DNA of 63,973 nt, the filler included, from Octopus bimaculoides (taxonomy: Eukaryota), in the NCBI RefSeq assembly GCF_001194135.2. It is 6 parts of 6 records of this genome, joined end to end, with 100 filler letters (N's around TTAATTAATTAA, not from the genome) between each part and the next. Parts side by side here need not be neighbours in the genome. Positions count along the whole stretch, not along the records: positions 10,701 to 32,285 come from NC_068981.1; positions 32,386 to 39,603 come from NC_068982.1; 4 more parts are not named here. One strand, 5' to 3'. Shown in pieces: positions 26,665-38,297 of the stretch. Under the pieces are notes generated by a model. That model was not told the origin of the DNA, did not search any database, and saw only the letters and a list, made by a program, of their open reading frames with translations. A program made the position numbers and the translations under genes. The number at the start of each line of letters is the position of its first letter. Position 1 is the first letter of the stretch.

Positions 26665-29600
26665 ATATCATCATTTAACGTCCGTTTTCCATGCTGGCAT
26701 GGGTTGGACAGTTTGACTGAGGTCTGGAGAGCCAGCAGCTGCACCAGGCTCCAATCTGATCTGGCAGAGTTTCTACAGCTGGACGCCCTTCCTAACGCCA
26801 ACCACTCCAAGAGTGTAATGGTGCTTTTTATGTGCCACCAGCATGGGAGTCAGTCAGGCAGACCTGGCATCGACCATGTTTGGATGGTGCTCTTTATGTG
26901 CCACCAGCACGAGAGCCAGTCAGTGGGAACTGGCATTGGCCACATTCAGATGGTACTTTTTACGTGCCACCAGCATGGGAGTCAGTCAGGCAGACCTGGC
27001 ATCGACCATGTTTGGATGGTCCTTTTTATGTGCCACTGGCACGGGAGCCAGTCGGGGGGCACTGGCCACAGCTACGATATTGGTTTTACTTGACTCAACA
27101 GGTCTTCTCAATCACAGCATATCACCAAAGGTCTCGGTCTCCTGTCACTGCCTCTGTGAGGCCCAATGTTCTAAGGTCATGCTTCACCACCTCATCCCAT
27201 GTCTTCCTGGGTCTACCTCTTCCACAGGTTCCTTTCACAGTTAGGGAGTGGCACTTCCTCACACAGCTGTCCTCATCCATACATAACACATTACCATACC
27301 AGCACAGTAGTCTCTCTTGCACACCACATTTGATGCTTCTTATACCTAACTTTTCTCTCAGGGCACTTACACTCTGTCATGTATGCACACTGATATTACA
27401 CATCCAGCAGAGCATACTGGCTTCATTCCTTTCAAGAATAAACGTCCTCGGCAGTCATGGCCCATGTTTCACTGCTGTGTAGCATGGAAGTTCTCACACA
27501 TGCATCATACAGTCTACCTTTTATCCTAAGCGAAAGGCCCTTTGTCACCAGCAGAGGTAGGATCTCTCTGAACTTTTCCCAGGCTATTCTTATTCTAGCC
27601 GCTACACTCTCAGAGCAACCACCTCCACTACAGACTTGGTCGCCAAGGTAGCAGAATCTATTAACTATTTCTAGTTTCTCCCCCTAGCATGTGATGGAAT
27701 CTGTTTTCTGTACATCTTCAGTGTTTATTGCCCCTGCGAATCTGCCACACACAAAAACTATTTTCCCGGTTAACCTTCCTTTGATATTGCTGCACCATTT
27801 ATGTGTCCATAGCTTACACCAGGTACATCGTATGGAGTTTCTACCTACGCCTTTTCTACAGATTGAGCAGAGCCATCTACCTGAAGGGGATATTGGTTTG
27901 ACAGCCTTCCTACTTACTAAAACTTTGGTTTTTGCTAGGTTGACCCTAAGGCCCTTCGATTCTAATCGTTCCTTCCACACCTGAAACTTCGTCTCTAGTT
28001 CTGATAGTAACTCAGCTATTAGAGCAAGGTCATCAGCATAGAGAAGTTCTGTTATTGCCTGGAGAACTATGATGAATAAGATGGGGCTGAGGACTGATCT
28101 TTGGTGGACCCCTACCCCTACCCAGAATTCTTCGCTATACTCGTTGCCAACCCTCACATCTTAATGACAGCATCCCTGTACAAGGCTTGTACAGCTCTTA
28201 CTAACCACTCATCTATCCCTAGTTTCTGCATTGACCACTAGATAATGGATTGGGGGACCCTGTCAAAGGCTTTCTCCAAGTCAACAAAAGCCAAGTACAG
28301 AGATTTATATTTGGCTAGATATTTCTCTTGCAGTTGCCTTACCAGAAACATAGCATCAGTGGTGCTTCTGCCTGGCACAAAACCAAACTGCATCTCATCT
28401 AGGCTAACTCTCTCCCTAATTAGTTGGGCTATGACCTTCTCTCTAACTTCCATCACCTGATCCAATAATTTAATACCCCTATAGATATTTTTGTCTTTAC
28501 CCTTGTAGCAGTTAACTATGGTGCTGCTACACCAGTCATTGGGTATGACTCCTTCATGAACTACCTGATTTATGGTGCAGGTGACAAGACCATAACCCAC
28601 ACTGCCCGATATTTTAAGCATCTCAGCAGTGATTCCTGTTGGGCCAGGTGCTTTCCCTGTCTTCATATCCTTAATTGCTTTATCTACCAGGGTACTGTCG
28701 ATTATGGTACCTGGTCCTTCAATTGGGTCAACCTTTGGCAGACTCTCCTCCTCCCATTCATTCTCCACATTCAGCAGTCTTTCATAATGGCATCTCCAAG
28801 CTTCTTTCTTAGCAGAATCATTAAACGCGAGAGCACCATCATCCATGTGGACACATTTCTCTCCTATGACATTATGGTTTTCTCTTACACACTGCCTTGC
28901 AATCTGAAATACTTTAGTTCTTTGGTCCTCAAGTCGCTGAACATTGACAAACTTCTTTTCTGCTACTCCCTTGGCTATATATACCTGTCTCCTAGCTTCC
29001 TTTTTGGTTATCTGATACATTCTCCTGCTACCCCTACTCCTCCACGCCTTCCAAGCCTGTTTCTTTGTTCTAATGGCCCTGTCTACAGTATTGTTCCACC
29101 ACCATGTTACCCTAGGCCTGGAAAGGACTTTGCACCAGCCACAGATTTGGTCTGTGGCACTCAGCAAGCTGTCTTCTATGCTGCTTTCCCAGCTGCCTTC
29201 TATGTCACAGGACTGTAGCTCCTCCTCCCTATCATCAAATTTCTCGGTAAGGATATCCCAAAATCTTTGACCATGTGAAGAGTTCTTAAGCTTCCAAGTC
29301 CTTCATTTCCAGATTGGTCTGCTTCTTGGCATCCTTCTGGCCTTGAGTCTAAAGTCACTAATAACTAGTCTATGTTGAGGAGTACATTCTTCATTAAGGA
29401 GGGTCTTTGTATTTAAGAGAAACCATGCATCCTGCTGTCTGATGAGAATGAAATCAATCTGGCTAGCAGAGTCACCTGATTGATAAGTTATCAGGTGGCT
29501 AGCTGGCTTCCCAAAGTGTTGCAGATCAATAGGTTATTTGCATTGTAGAACTCCAGGAACCTAGTTTCCTCTTCATTTCTGGTACCAACTCCATGACCCA

Positions 29601-30420
29601 CCCATGTAAACCATGGAAGATACCAGGTTGCTGTCCAACATGCCCATTAAAATTTCCAGTCACAAAGATGAGATCAGTGTGACTCATCATTAAGGTAGCC
29701 TGCAGGAGAATATCATAAAAGTGATCCTTCTGTTCATTTGGTAGGCCCGCTTGTGGGGTGTAGGCAGAGATAATTGTAGCTATACTATTCTGTAAGACTA
29801 GCCTGAGTTTAAGTACTCTATTGCACACTCTCACTACCTTATCCACCCATTTCTCTGCAAGAAGTATGCCCACACCCCCATTCCATCACTGTTATCTTCC
29901 CAGAAGAGTTTATACCTATGTGCTTTGCCTGTGAGGACTCTGACTGAAGCTCCTCTCTATCTTACCTCTTGTCCACAACATACATCAATACATCTCTGTT
30001 CAAGCATCTCTACAATCTCGCTAGACCTACCTCTCAATGTGCCTACATTTATAGTGCCAACTCTGAAAACTGGGAAAGAGATATGGGAGGTAACACAGGA
30101 AGGAGGGATGTTATTCAGCACCTGAAAAAAAGATTCCCATGATCGTTTGATAACAGATGTCATAACAGTTGTTCTTGCTTTTAACCTACCATCATTCAAA
30201 CATGTTAGAGTTAAGGTTGTTGCCTCTACTGGGGGTGGGTGGGAGTGAGGAAGCATTGTATATGAAAGTGTTTGGGGCATTGTAAATATAAGCATTATGA
30301 GCATTGTGGGTGTAAGCATTACTGATGCTGCAGATATAAATGTAAAAAAAAAAAGAGGGTAAGTGGGCTGCTATCTGGTTTAATTAGTCCAGAGATGGGT
30401 TGAGGAGAAAGGAGAGGGCG
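26665..30420 (-). mobile_element. apparently full-length (~3.75 kb) RTE-clade LINE, APE + RT, inactivated by stops and frameshifts
   Basis: APE: FRVGTINVGTL, QEVR, IISAYTPQ, GNFNGHVG. RT: KAPGPTG, QFGFVPGRST, FVDLEKAFDRVP, LLYADDL. C-terminus GRGRPRKTW. The 3' UTR has ~66-bp repeats and a (GAT)n end. Confidence 0.92.
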
Positions 30421-31062
30421 CTCCAGGCCATAACAGGGGAATTTAAGGCTGGAAGCCCATGGGAACTACTATATGCTGATAATTTTGCTCTCATAGCAGA
30501 ATCTGTAACAGAATTAGAAAAGAAATTCCCAGTGTGAAAACAGAATTTGGAATCAAAGGACCTTAAAGCAAACTTAGCAAAGACTAAGGTCCTAGTAAGC
30601 AAGAAATTGGACAAGACCCTTCAACTTTCCAATAAATGGCCCCACTGGATATGTAGGAAAGGTGTAGGCCAAAATTTCATTTAGTGTGCCAGTGCAAGCT
30701 ATGGACACAAGAGATGCAGTGAAGTAATGAGAAGGTTAACAGAGAAAGTAGTATTTGTCTGTGGAAGATGTACAGGAGCCATAAAGACCAGATACATAGG
30801 AAACTGATTTTCTTTAAATGTCCTGGTGACTTTCTGGAAGTTGTAAATAATTTTTGCTACCTAGGTGACCGAATGAACAATGGATGAGGTTGTACAGGAA
30901 GTGTAATTGCTAGAATAAGAATAAGATGGAGACAGTTCAGAGAGCTTTTACCTCTGATGGCAGCCAAAGGTCTCTCTTTCCAAGTGAAAGGAAGGTTGTA
31001 TGAAGCATATATTATACAAACTGTATATATGTGCATATATATATACATATATATATATACAC

Positions 31063-31097
<35 letters not shown>

Positions 31098-31107
31098 NNN
31101 NNNNNNN

Positions 31108-31162
<55 letters not shown>

Positions 31163-31249
31163 ATATATTCTCTACAGTGATTGTTGAGAAAGAGTAGGGT
31201 TGTGAGGTTTCTTTAGTCTTGTCTAAGAACTTGTTAACTTCTAGTGCTG

Positions 31250-31720
31250 GGGTCAGAAGAAAATGTACCCAATACACTCTGTAAACTAGGTTGGTGATAG
31301 GAAAGGCATCCATCCACAGAAACTAAGTCAAATGACATGTATGAACAGCAGTCCATGGTAGCACTAGCTTCCAATAAGAAATGACTGACAGCTCTCAAAC
31401 CCATGCTTTCATGGAAAGTGAATGTGAGCGAGATCGTTGCCAGTGCCCCTGGACTGGCTCTTGTGTGGGTGGCACATAAAAAACACCATTTTGAGCGTGG
31501 CTGTTGCCAGTACCACCTGAATGGCTTTCGTGCGGGTGACACGTAAAAGCACCCACTACACTCTCTGAGTGGTTGGCGTTAGGAAGGGCATCCAGCTGTA
31601 GAAACTCTGCCAAATCAGATTGGAGCCTGGTGTTGCCATCCGGTTTCACCAGTCCTCAGTCAAATCGTCCAACCCATGCTAGCATGGAAAGCGGACGTTA
31701 AATGATGATGATGATGATTA
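31250..31720 (+). mobile_element. two RTE 3' UTR copies in tandem (old 31250-31390; young 31430-31720) with (GAT)n tail
   Basis: GGAAGGGCATCCAGCTGTAGAAAC and GCATGGAAAGCGGACGTTAAATGATG. Confidence 0.8.
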
Positions 31721-31799
31721 TGTTGATGAAGAGGAGGATGATGATGATGTAGATGATGATGACGATGGCAACAACAATGATAGTGATGATGACAATATA

Positions 31800-32280
31800 T
31801 GAATTCATTTTCTTAAAGAACAAGAGATAAGCTTCAAGTGCCTGCAACAAACTTCATAACACCTGGCAATCAAGTACTTCATAAGTCAACAAGGCTGACC
31901 TTCTTTAGGGTATGTTTGGAAAGCATTCTCCTATATGGAGCCAAAACATTGACAGTGAAAAAGGAGCTTCAAGATGACGTAGACTCCATACACCAGGCTC
32001 CTCATGTAAGCTTCAAACACCTCATGGCATGAACACAAGACCAAGGAAGAGATTTATGGAAACATTCCAACCATCTCTACTATTGTATGGAAAGCTTTGC
32101 TGGCCACTGCTATTGTGCTAAACAACAGGCCATACCAGAAACTTCCACACTCTAATAGATAAAGACCACTCAGCTTCATTGATGTTATTAACAGAGGCAC
32201 GCAGTATAAAATTGAAGACTTGCCAAAGTTAATGGGAGACAGATATTCCTAGTTTTGATATCATGAAACACATCTTGAGT
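31800..32280 (+). mobile_element. RTE-clade LINE C-terminal fragment (different family)
   Basis: RLTFFRVCLESILLYGAKTLT...EEIYGNIPTIS..AGHCY. Confidence 0.65.
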
Positions 32281-32385
32281 ACAGCNNNNNNNNNNNNNNN
32301 NNNNNNNNNNNNNNNNNNNNNNNNNNNNNTTAATTAATTAANNNNNNNNNNNNNNNNNNNNNNNNNNNNNNNNNNNNNNNNNNNN

Positions 32386-32463
<78 letters not shown>

Positions 32464-33637
32464 ACACACGTATAGATATATATATATATAATGATGATAA
32501 TAATAATAATAATAATGTTGGTGTTCCTGATTTTTTGTCTATTAATGTTTTGATCGTTAGTGGTCAGTTAAAATATTAATCAATTATATTGTTGATTAAT
32601 TATGATGCTAATAAAGTAAGGATGGCAATCATTCATGATATTGGTCAATTTATTTAACCAATCTGCTGTAAGATAGATTAAAACAAGTTATTAAACAATG
32701 ATAATGCTGGTCCAATACAATACTAACCGACAGAAATATTGCTGAAATATGACATTAATCAGTGATAATCGTTATTAATTAAGATATTAAATGTTTGGTC
32801 AATAACGCTGGTCCCTATTGACATTGGACAATAATAAACAATTATCACCGAAGCTTCTGATTCAATTCTAACATCACTCAACCATAAAGACATCCTGCAA
32901 TGACACTGACCTGTAGACAGTATTAATATCAAAATGTTAATGACGTTGGTCAAAGATGATAACCGTTCGTGGCTATATCGTTTAGTGGTGATCTCTCTAA
33001 GAGATTACATAAGACTGTGACGTCACAAACCAATACGCATACAAATCAAAGTTGACATGGCAGATCCAATCTGTGTGTAACAATGAACGACCTGTAAGGA
33101 CAAGTCGACCTCTGCGGCGAAATAACGACATTTTTAATATTAAGACAATAGTTTCTCTCTCTCTCTTACTGTGTCTCTTTCTCATCTCATATATGTTATA
33201 TGTATATATGTGGGTGTGTCTGTGTATGTATATGTATGTATATATATATATATGAAGAAATAATTAAGATTCATTTGAATTAAGTACTTAAACTGAGGCC
33301 CCAAGTCGGTCTGCACAGCTCGAAGTTGGGTGGTACTGATACCTGGACATCTTTGTTACTAATTTGCTAGCCACCTTATTATAACCTTATTTATATCATT
33401 AATAACAGTAATTATACATCTTTTTATATACATACATANNNNNNNNNNNNNNNNNNNNNNNNNNNNNNNNNNNNNNNNNNNNNNNNNNNNNNNNNNNNNN
33501 NNNNNNNNNNNNNNNNNNNNNNNNNNNNNNNNNNNNNNNNNNNNNNNNNNNNNNNNNNNNNNNNNNNNNNNNNNNNNNNNNNNNNNNNNNNNNNNNNNNN
33601 NNNNNNNNNNNNNNNNNNNNNNNNNNNNNNNNNNNNN

Positions 33638-33672
<35 letters not shown>

Positions 33673-34266
33673 ATATGTATGTATATATACGGTGCTGAAT
33701 AATGTGTCGTTTGATTGTGCAGTTAAACACTATAGAATGAGCAAGCAAGCATTTATACAACTTTAATTTGTAATCCTTGAGACATACGTAGGACTTTGAT
33801 CGAGCATGCCTAAGACTTGGTTTTCAGCAGAATTTCTATTATCCAGTAGGTCATTTAATTTTTTGAGACAATAGTGCGTAATTTGAGGGAAACTGGACTG
33901 CTATTTCCAGCAGGTGCTGTGATCACGTAGAGGCTCCCCAGAGTTGACTTCCTTCTGTAACTATGTTAATGAAATGATATACACTGTCGTTCTTATATCT
34001 GTAGATACTATAGAAAATGTTAAAAACTTAAAAGAATTCACTGTACAATTAGCAATGATTAAGACAATTAGTTGAGGTAATTGATAGATAAGAAGTTTCA
34101 TTATGTATGCATGGGAGTGTGTGAAAGTGTTCGTGAATGTATCTACCTATTTGAAAGTCTATGTCTATGTATCTATGCATGCATATATGTATACATACAA
34201 CATACATGTATGTAGCAGATACTTACATAATCATATACATACATATATTTATATATATATAAACAC

Positions 34267-34322
<56 letters not shown>

Positions 34323-35196
34323 NNNNNNNNNNNNNNNNNNNNNNNNNNNNNNNNNNNNNNNNNNNNNNNNNNNNNNNNNNNNNNNNNNNNNNNNNNNNNN
34401 NNNNNNNNNNNNNNNNNNNNNNNNNNNNNNNNNNNNNNNNNNNNNNNNNNNNNNNNNNNNNNNNNNNNNNNNNNNNNNNNNNNNNNNNNNNNNNNNNNNN
34501 NNNNNNNNNNNNNNNNNNNNNNNNNNNNNNNNNNNNNNNNNNNNNNNNNNNNNNNNNNNNNNNNNNNNNNNNNNNNNNNNNNNNNNNNNNNNNNNNNNNN
34601 NNNNNNNNNNNNNNNNNNNNNNNNNNNNNNNNNNNNNNNNNNNNNNNNNNNNNNNNNNNNNNNNNNNNNNNNNNNNNNNNNNNNNNNNNNNNNNNNNNNN
34701 NNNNNNNNNNNNNNNNNNNNNNNNNNNNNNNNNNNNNNNNNNNNNNNNNNNNNNNNNNNNNNNNNNNNNNNNNNNNNNNNNNNNNNNNNNNNNNNNNNNN
34801 NNNNNNNNNNNNNNNNNNNNNNNNNNNNNNNNNNNNNNNNNNNNNNNNNNNNNNNNNNNNNNNNNNNNNNNNNNTATATATATATATATATAATATGTAA
34901 ATAAATATTATATAATTTGTGTTCCTGCGTTTGTTCATATATATGGACTCAGCAAGGTCGAATCGCTTAGAAGTTAGTTTTGTAATCACGCGACTTGAGG
35001 TTCAGTCCCACTAGATGGCATTTTACATTGGTTTTTTTTTAATTTCTAGCAAAATTCAAATATTTAGCTTCATCGAACCTGTTAAGCATTTAAAGAGGTG
35101 TATAAATATCACAAATTTACACTATCCCAAAATACACATACACGCGCACATACACAAGCATGCAAGCATATATATATAGACAAGTATATGGGTGTT

Positions 35197-35245
<49 letters not shown>

Positions 35246-35579
35246 TTGTAGTTTCGTTTTAAATTGTGGGCTTACTGGGCAGTTTCCCGGGAGACTCACG
35301 AGTCTAGGGCTCAGGTATTGTTTAGGTATGGGCGAGGGGCATACTGATATATATGAAATTCTGTCTTTTTGTAATTAATTGATAAATGATAGTTTGTGTA
35401 CATCAATTGTTTTTCATCAATTTTATCTCCATTTTCTGTTTTCCTTATATATATTATACATATATACATATACACACGCACATATATTTGTGCTTACCCC
35501 CCACCCATACACATATATGTACATATATGAATGTGTTAAATATCTATCTGTGTCTGTCTGTATGTCTGTCTATCCATCT

Positions 35580-35628
35580 ATCCATCCATCCATCCATCCA
35601 TCCATCCATCCAGCCAGCCAGCCAGCCA

Positions 35629-35693
<65 letters not shown>

Positions 35694-35705
35694 CTATCTA
35701 TCTAT
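35580..35705. repeat. compound microsatellite (CATC)n(CAGC)n(TC)n(TATC)n
   Basis: Direct inspection. Confidence 0.9.
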
Positions 35706-36318
35706 CTTTATGCCTCTTCATTTAAAAACACAAAGCAAGCCTTAACTCATAAACGTTTCAGCAATTGGTGATCACATGATTGTGACCCCTTTACACGTCT
35801 GGTACCAGACGAACAAACAAATACGACATAAAGACGAAGAAAGAATGTACTAGTTGGCGTTCTGTCTGCTAGAAATAGCAACAAAATCTCCTTCAAAACT
35901 CGCAACACAGTGTCTTAGAGATACCTAATTGCATAATTTGGTTCTAAATTTATCATATAACAAAATGTGACGAGACAGTTATGACAAGAACCTCTTTGGG
36001 TATACGCATGTATTGTGTATTGTGGCTGAATACGCATGTATATGTATATTGTGGCTGAATTAAGGCGAAACAACAACAATAGCAACAACAAATACGACAC
36101 TTGATGACAAAGGAAGATATCGATATGATATAGAATTTTCGATTATTGGTAAAAGAATAATGTAGAATGACGATTTATTTACTGCCCTCCTCTGACAGTT
36201 CCGTACTTTGCACATGCGACACGGAACCAATAGCTCTTTTCTGTCTCAATGTTTATGACATAGGCTAAAATACATCACTTTCCGTACATTTAAACACTTT
36301 ACATGTATGTAGACATAT

Positions 36319-36704
36319 GTTGTTGTTGGCACTCCGTCGCTTACGACGTCGAGGGTTCCAGTTGATCCGATCAACGGAACAGCCTGCTCGTGAAATTAAC
36401 GTGCAAGTGACTGAGCACTCCACAGACACGTGCACCCTTAACGTAGTTCTCGGGGATATTCAGCGTGACACAGTGTGACAAGGCTGACCCTTTGAATTAC
36501 AGGCACAACAGAAACAGGAAGAAAGAGTGAGAGAAAGTTGTGGTGAAAGAGTACAACAGGGTTCCCCACCATCCCTTGCCGGAGCCTCGTGGAGCTTTTA
36601 GCTGTTTTCGCTCAATAAACACTCACAACGCCCGGTCTGGGAATCGAAACTGCGATCCTATGACCGCGAGTCCGCTGCCCTAACCACTGGGCCATTGCGC
36701 CTCC
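36319..36704 (-). mobile_element. full-length tRNA-derived SINE (family C) with 12-bp target-site duplication
   Basis: TSD ATGTAGACATAT at 36307-36318 and 36705-36716. A/B boxes, two 3' stem-loops and a (CAA)n end. Confidence 0.93.
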
Positions 36705-37320
36705 ATGTAGACATATATACTTTTGTTAACAGACACGCATACACACAGACTGTCTTCTCACACACTCCCTCATCTCTCTCTCTCACTCTCTCTTGTCATA
36801 CACTCTTATAAAATGTAACTCATTTCGTTCGACTTGTACAAAGTCAACGTGTCATGAAGTGAATAGGTGTATTGTCATTCCAATCAAAACTATTTTGCTA
36901 TCAAAACTTATATATATAGGGACGCTCGATCAGACGAGGATCCAATCCAATCACTTGTAGTAGCGAAATATCAATAGCAATGCATACATACATACATACA
37001 TGCATACATACATACATATTTGTGTGTGTATATATATATACACACATATATACAGTATATATGTATATATATGTTTATGAGTATATATTCATTTATATCT
37101 ATATGCGAGTATATATGCATTTATGAATATATATATATATATATATATACAGAGGGAGGGAGAGAGAGAGATACATACATACATATATATGTATGTATAT
37201 GTATGTATGCTTTATATAAGCATATAAACACGCAAAACTGTAGCTACAGATTCATTGATTCGTTAAACAAAGCGATAATAGCATATTCATGCAAAGCATT
37301 TCATTACAGAATGTATGTAG

Positions 37321-37356
<36 letters not shown>

Positions 37357-37380
37357 TTACAAATAATGACAGATATATAA

Positions 37381-37421
<41 letters not shown>

Positions 37422-37484
37422 CGTACATACGCAGTTATATATATTTATCTGTATGTGTACAGAAACATGTGTATGCGTGCGTGT

Positions 37485-37568
<84 letters not shown>

Positions 37569-37622
37569 TCAGGAGTGGGCAGGTATTATATGTTACATAC
37601 ACAAATATTTATATTAACTCAC

Positions 37623-37684
37623 ACTGAATATCGATCGGAAGCGAACACGTTCAAACCGCTGGAACTGTCCGCCCACGAAAACAT
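37623..37684 (-). CDS. putative first coding exon of an unidentified host gene (MFSWADSSSGLNVFASDRYS, phase-2 donor); may be part of a longer exon open to 38209
   Basis: First ATG after ~620 ATG-free nt, context GGA-ATG-T. Followed by canonical donor GTGAGT at 37622-37617. CpG-retaining sequence. No downstream exon identified. Confidence 0.55.
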
Positions 37685-38270
37685 TCCGGATCCCTTTCTC
37701 TTCTTTTCAAGTGTCTGCTGTTTCACTTCTTTTTCACTAATTATGTTGGGGTCTGTTTTGTTAACTTGACGATGGTCACGGTCACCAGGGAATATAGGGG
37801 GAAGATTCCGCTCTGTGTAGTACTCGTCGATGTCACTTGATTTTTCTTCCTTTTTTTCTTCTTCTTTTTCTTCTTCCTCTTCTTCTTCTTCCTCTTCTTC
37901 TTCTTTTTCTCTTTCTTGATACAGCTGATGTTGGTGATGATGATGGTGATATTCCTGTCGTTGTTGCTGCTGCTGCCGCTGTTGTTCTTGTTGTTGTTGC
38001 TGTTGTTGATGATGATGATGATTGTGATTATGCTGACTTCGACGCAGCCTCTTGCCGGCTTGGAAAAACGGTGTCACCGTGGACACTAGCTGAAACAGCG
38101 AAATCCCTACCAAAAACACTAATAGACTTACTTCGACAACAACCACAACAACAACAGCAGCTGCAGCAGCAGCAACGACAAAGTCACTTATAAGAATTGT
38201 GAAACTTGTTTAAGCAGCGACCACCCCTCAAATCTCCCGCTCAAATGCCAGGGTAGACTCAAGGGGTGCT
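37685..38270 (-). other. putative 5' UTR (or non-AUG N-terminal extension) with CAT/CAA/CAG and GAA repeats
   Basis: No ATG in any minus-strand frame from ~38310 to 37685. No in-frame stop from 38209 to the ATG. Confidence 0.5.
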
Positions 38271-38297
38271 GACGATGTCGATTTCCTGCTTATATAG
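38265..38297 (-). promoter_or_regulatory. candidate TATA box with Inr-like element
   Basis: CTATATAAG at 38297-38289 and TCAGCA 26-29 nt downstream. Motif-only evidence. Confidence 0.3.

Larger units (their letters stand above)
25090..31010 (+). mobile_element. degraded RTE LINE (host element) in three pieces: 25090-25966, 26416-26664, 30421-31010
   Basis: The pieces join into a collinear RT: PRVTWWWN...IVRQMQEKYL | AKNKLLYLAFVDVDKTFD...GIHQDLLLSSLIIIIL | QAITGEFKAGSPWELLYADNFALIAES. Confidence 0.9.

Noticed and set aside
26485-27482. 202-aa and 216-aa plus-strand ORFs with internal peptide repeats
   Set aside because: Chimeric reading of the host RT piece and the antisense RTE 3' UTR repeats.
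29435-29460. CTGATGA...GAAA hammerhead-like core
   Set aside because: Lies in the antisense of the RTE APE coding region, and no flanking helices could be formed.
32783-32820. DIKCLVNNAG, resembling the SDR NNAG motif
   Set aside because: Stops immediately before it and two codons after it. No Rossmann or YxxxK segments nearby.
35796-35811. Perfect 16-bp palindrome CGTCTGGTACCAGACG
   Set aside because: Single occurrence with no associated structure, so chance is plausible.
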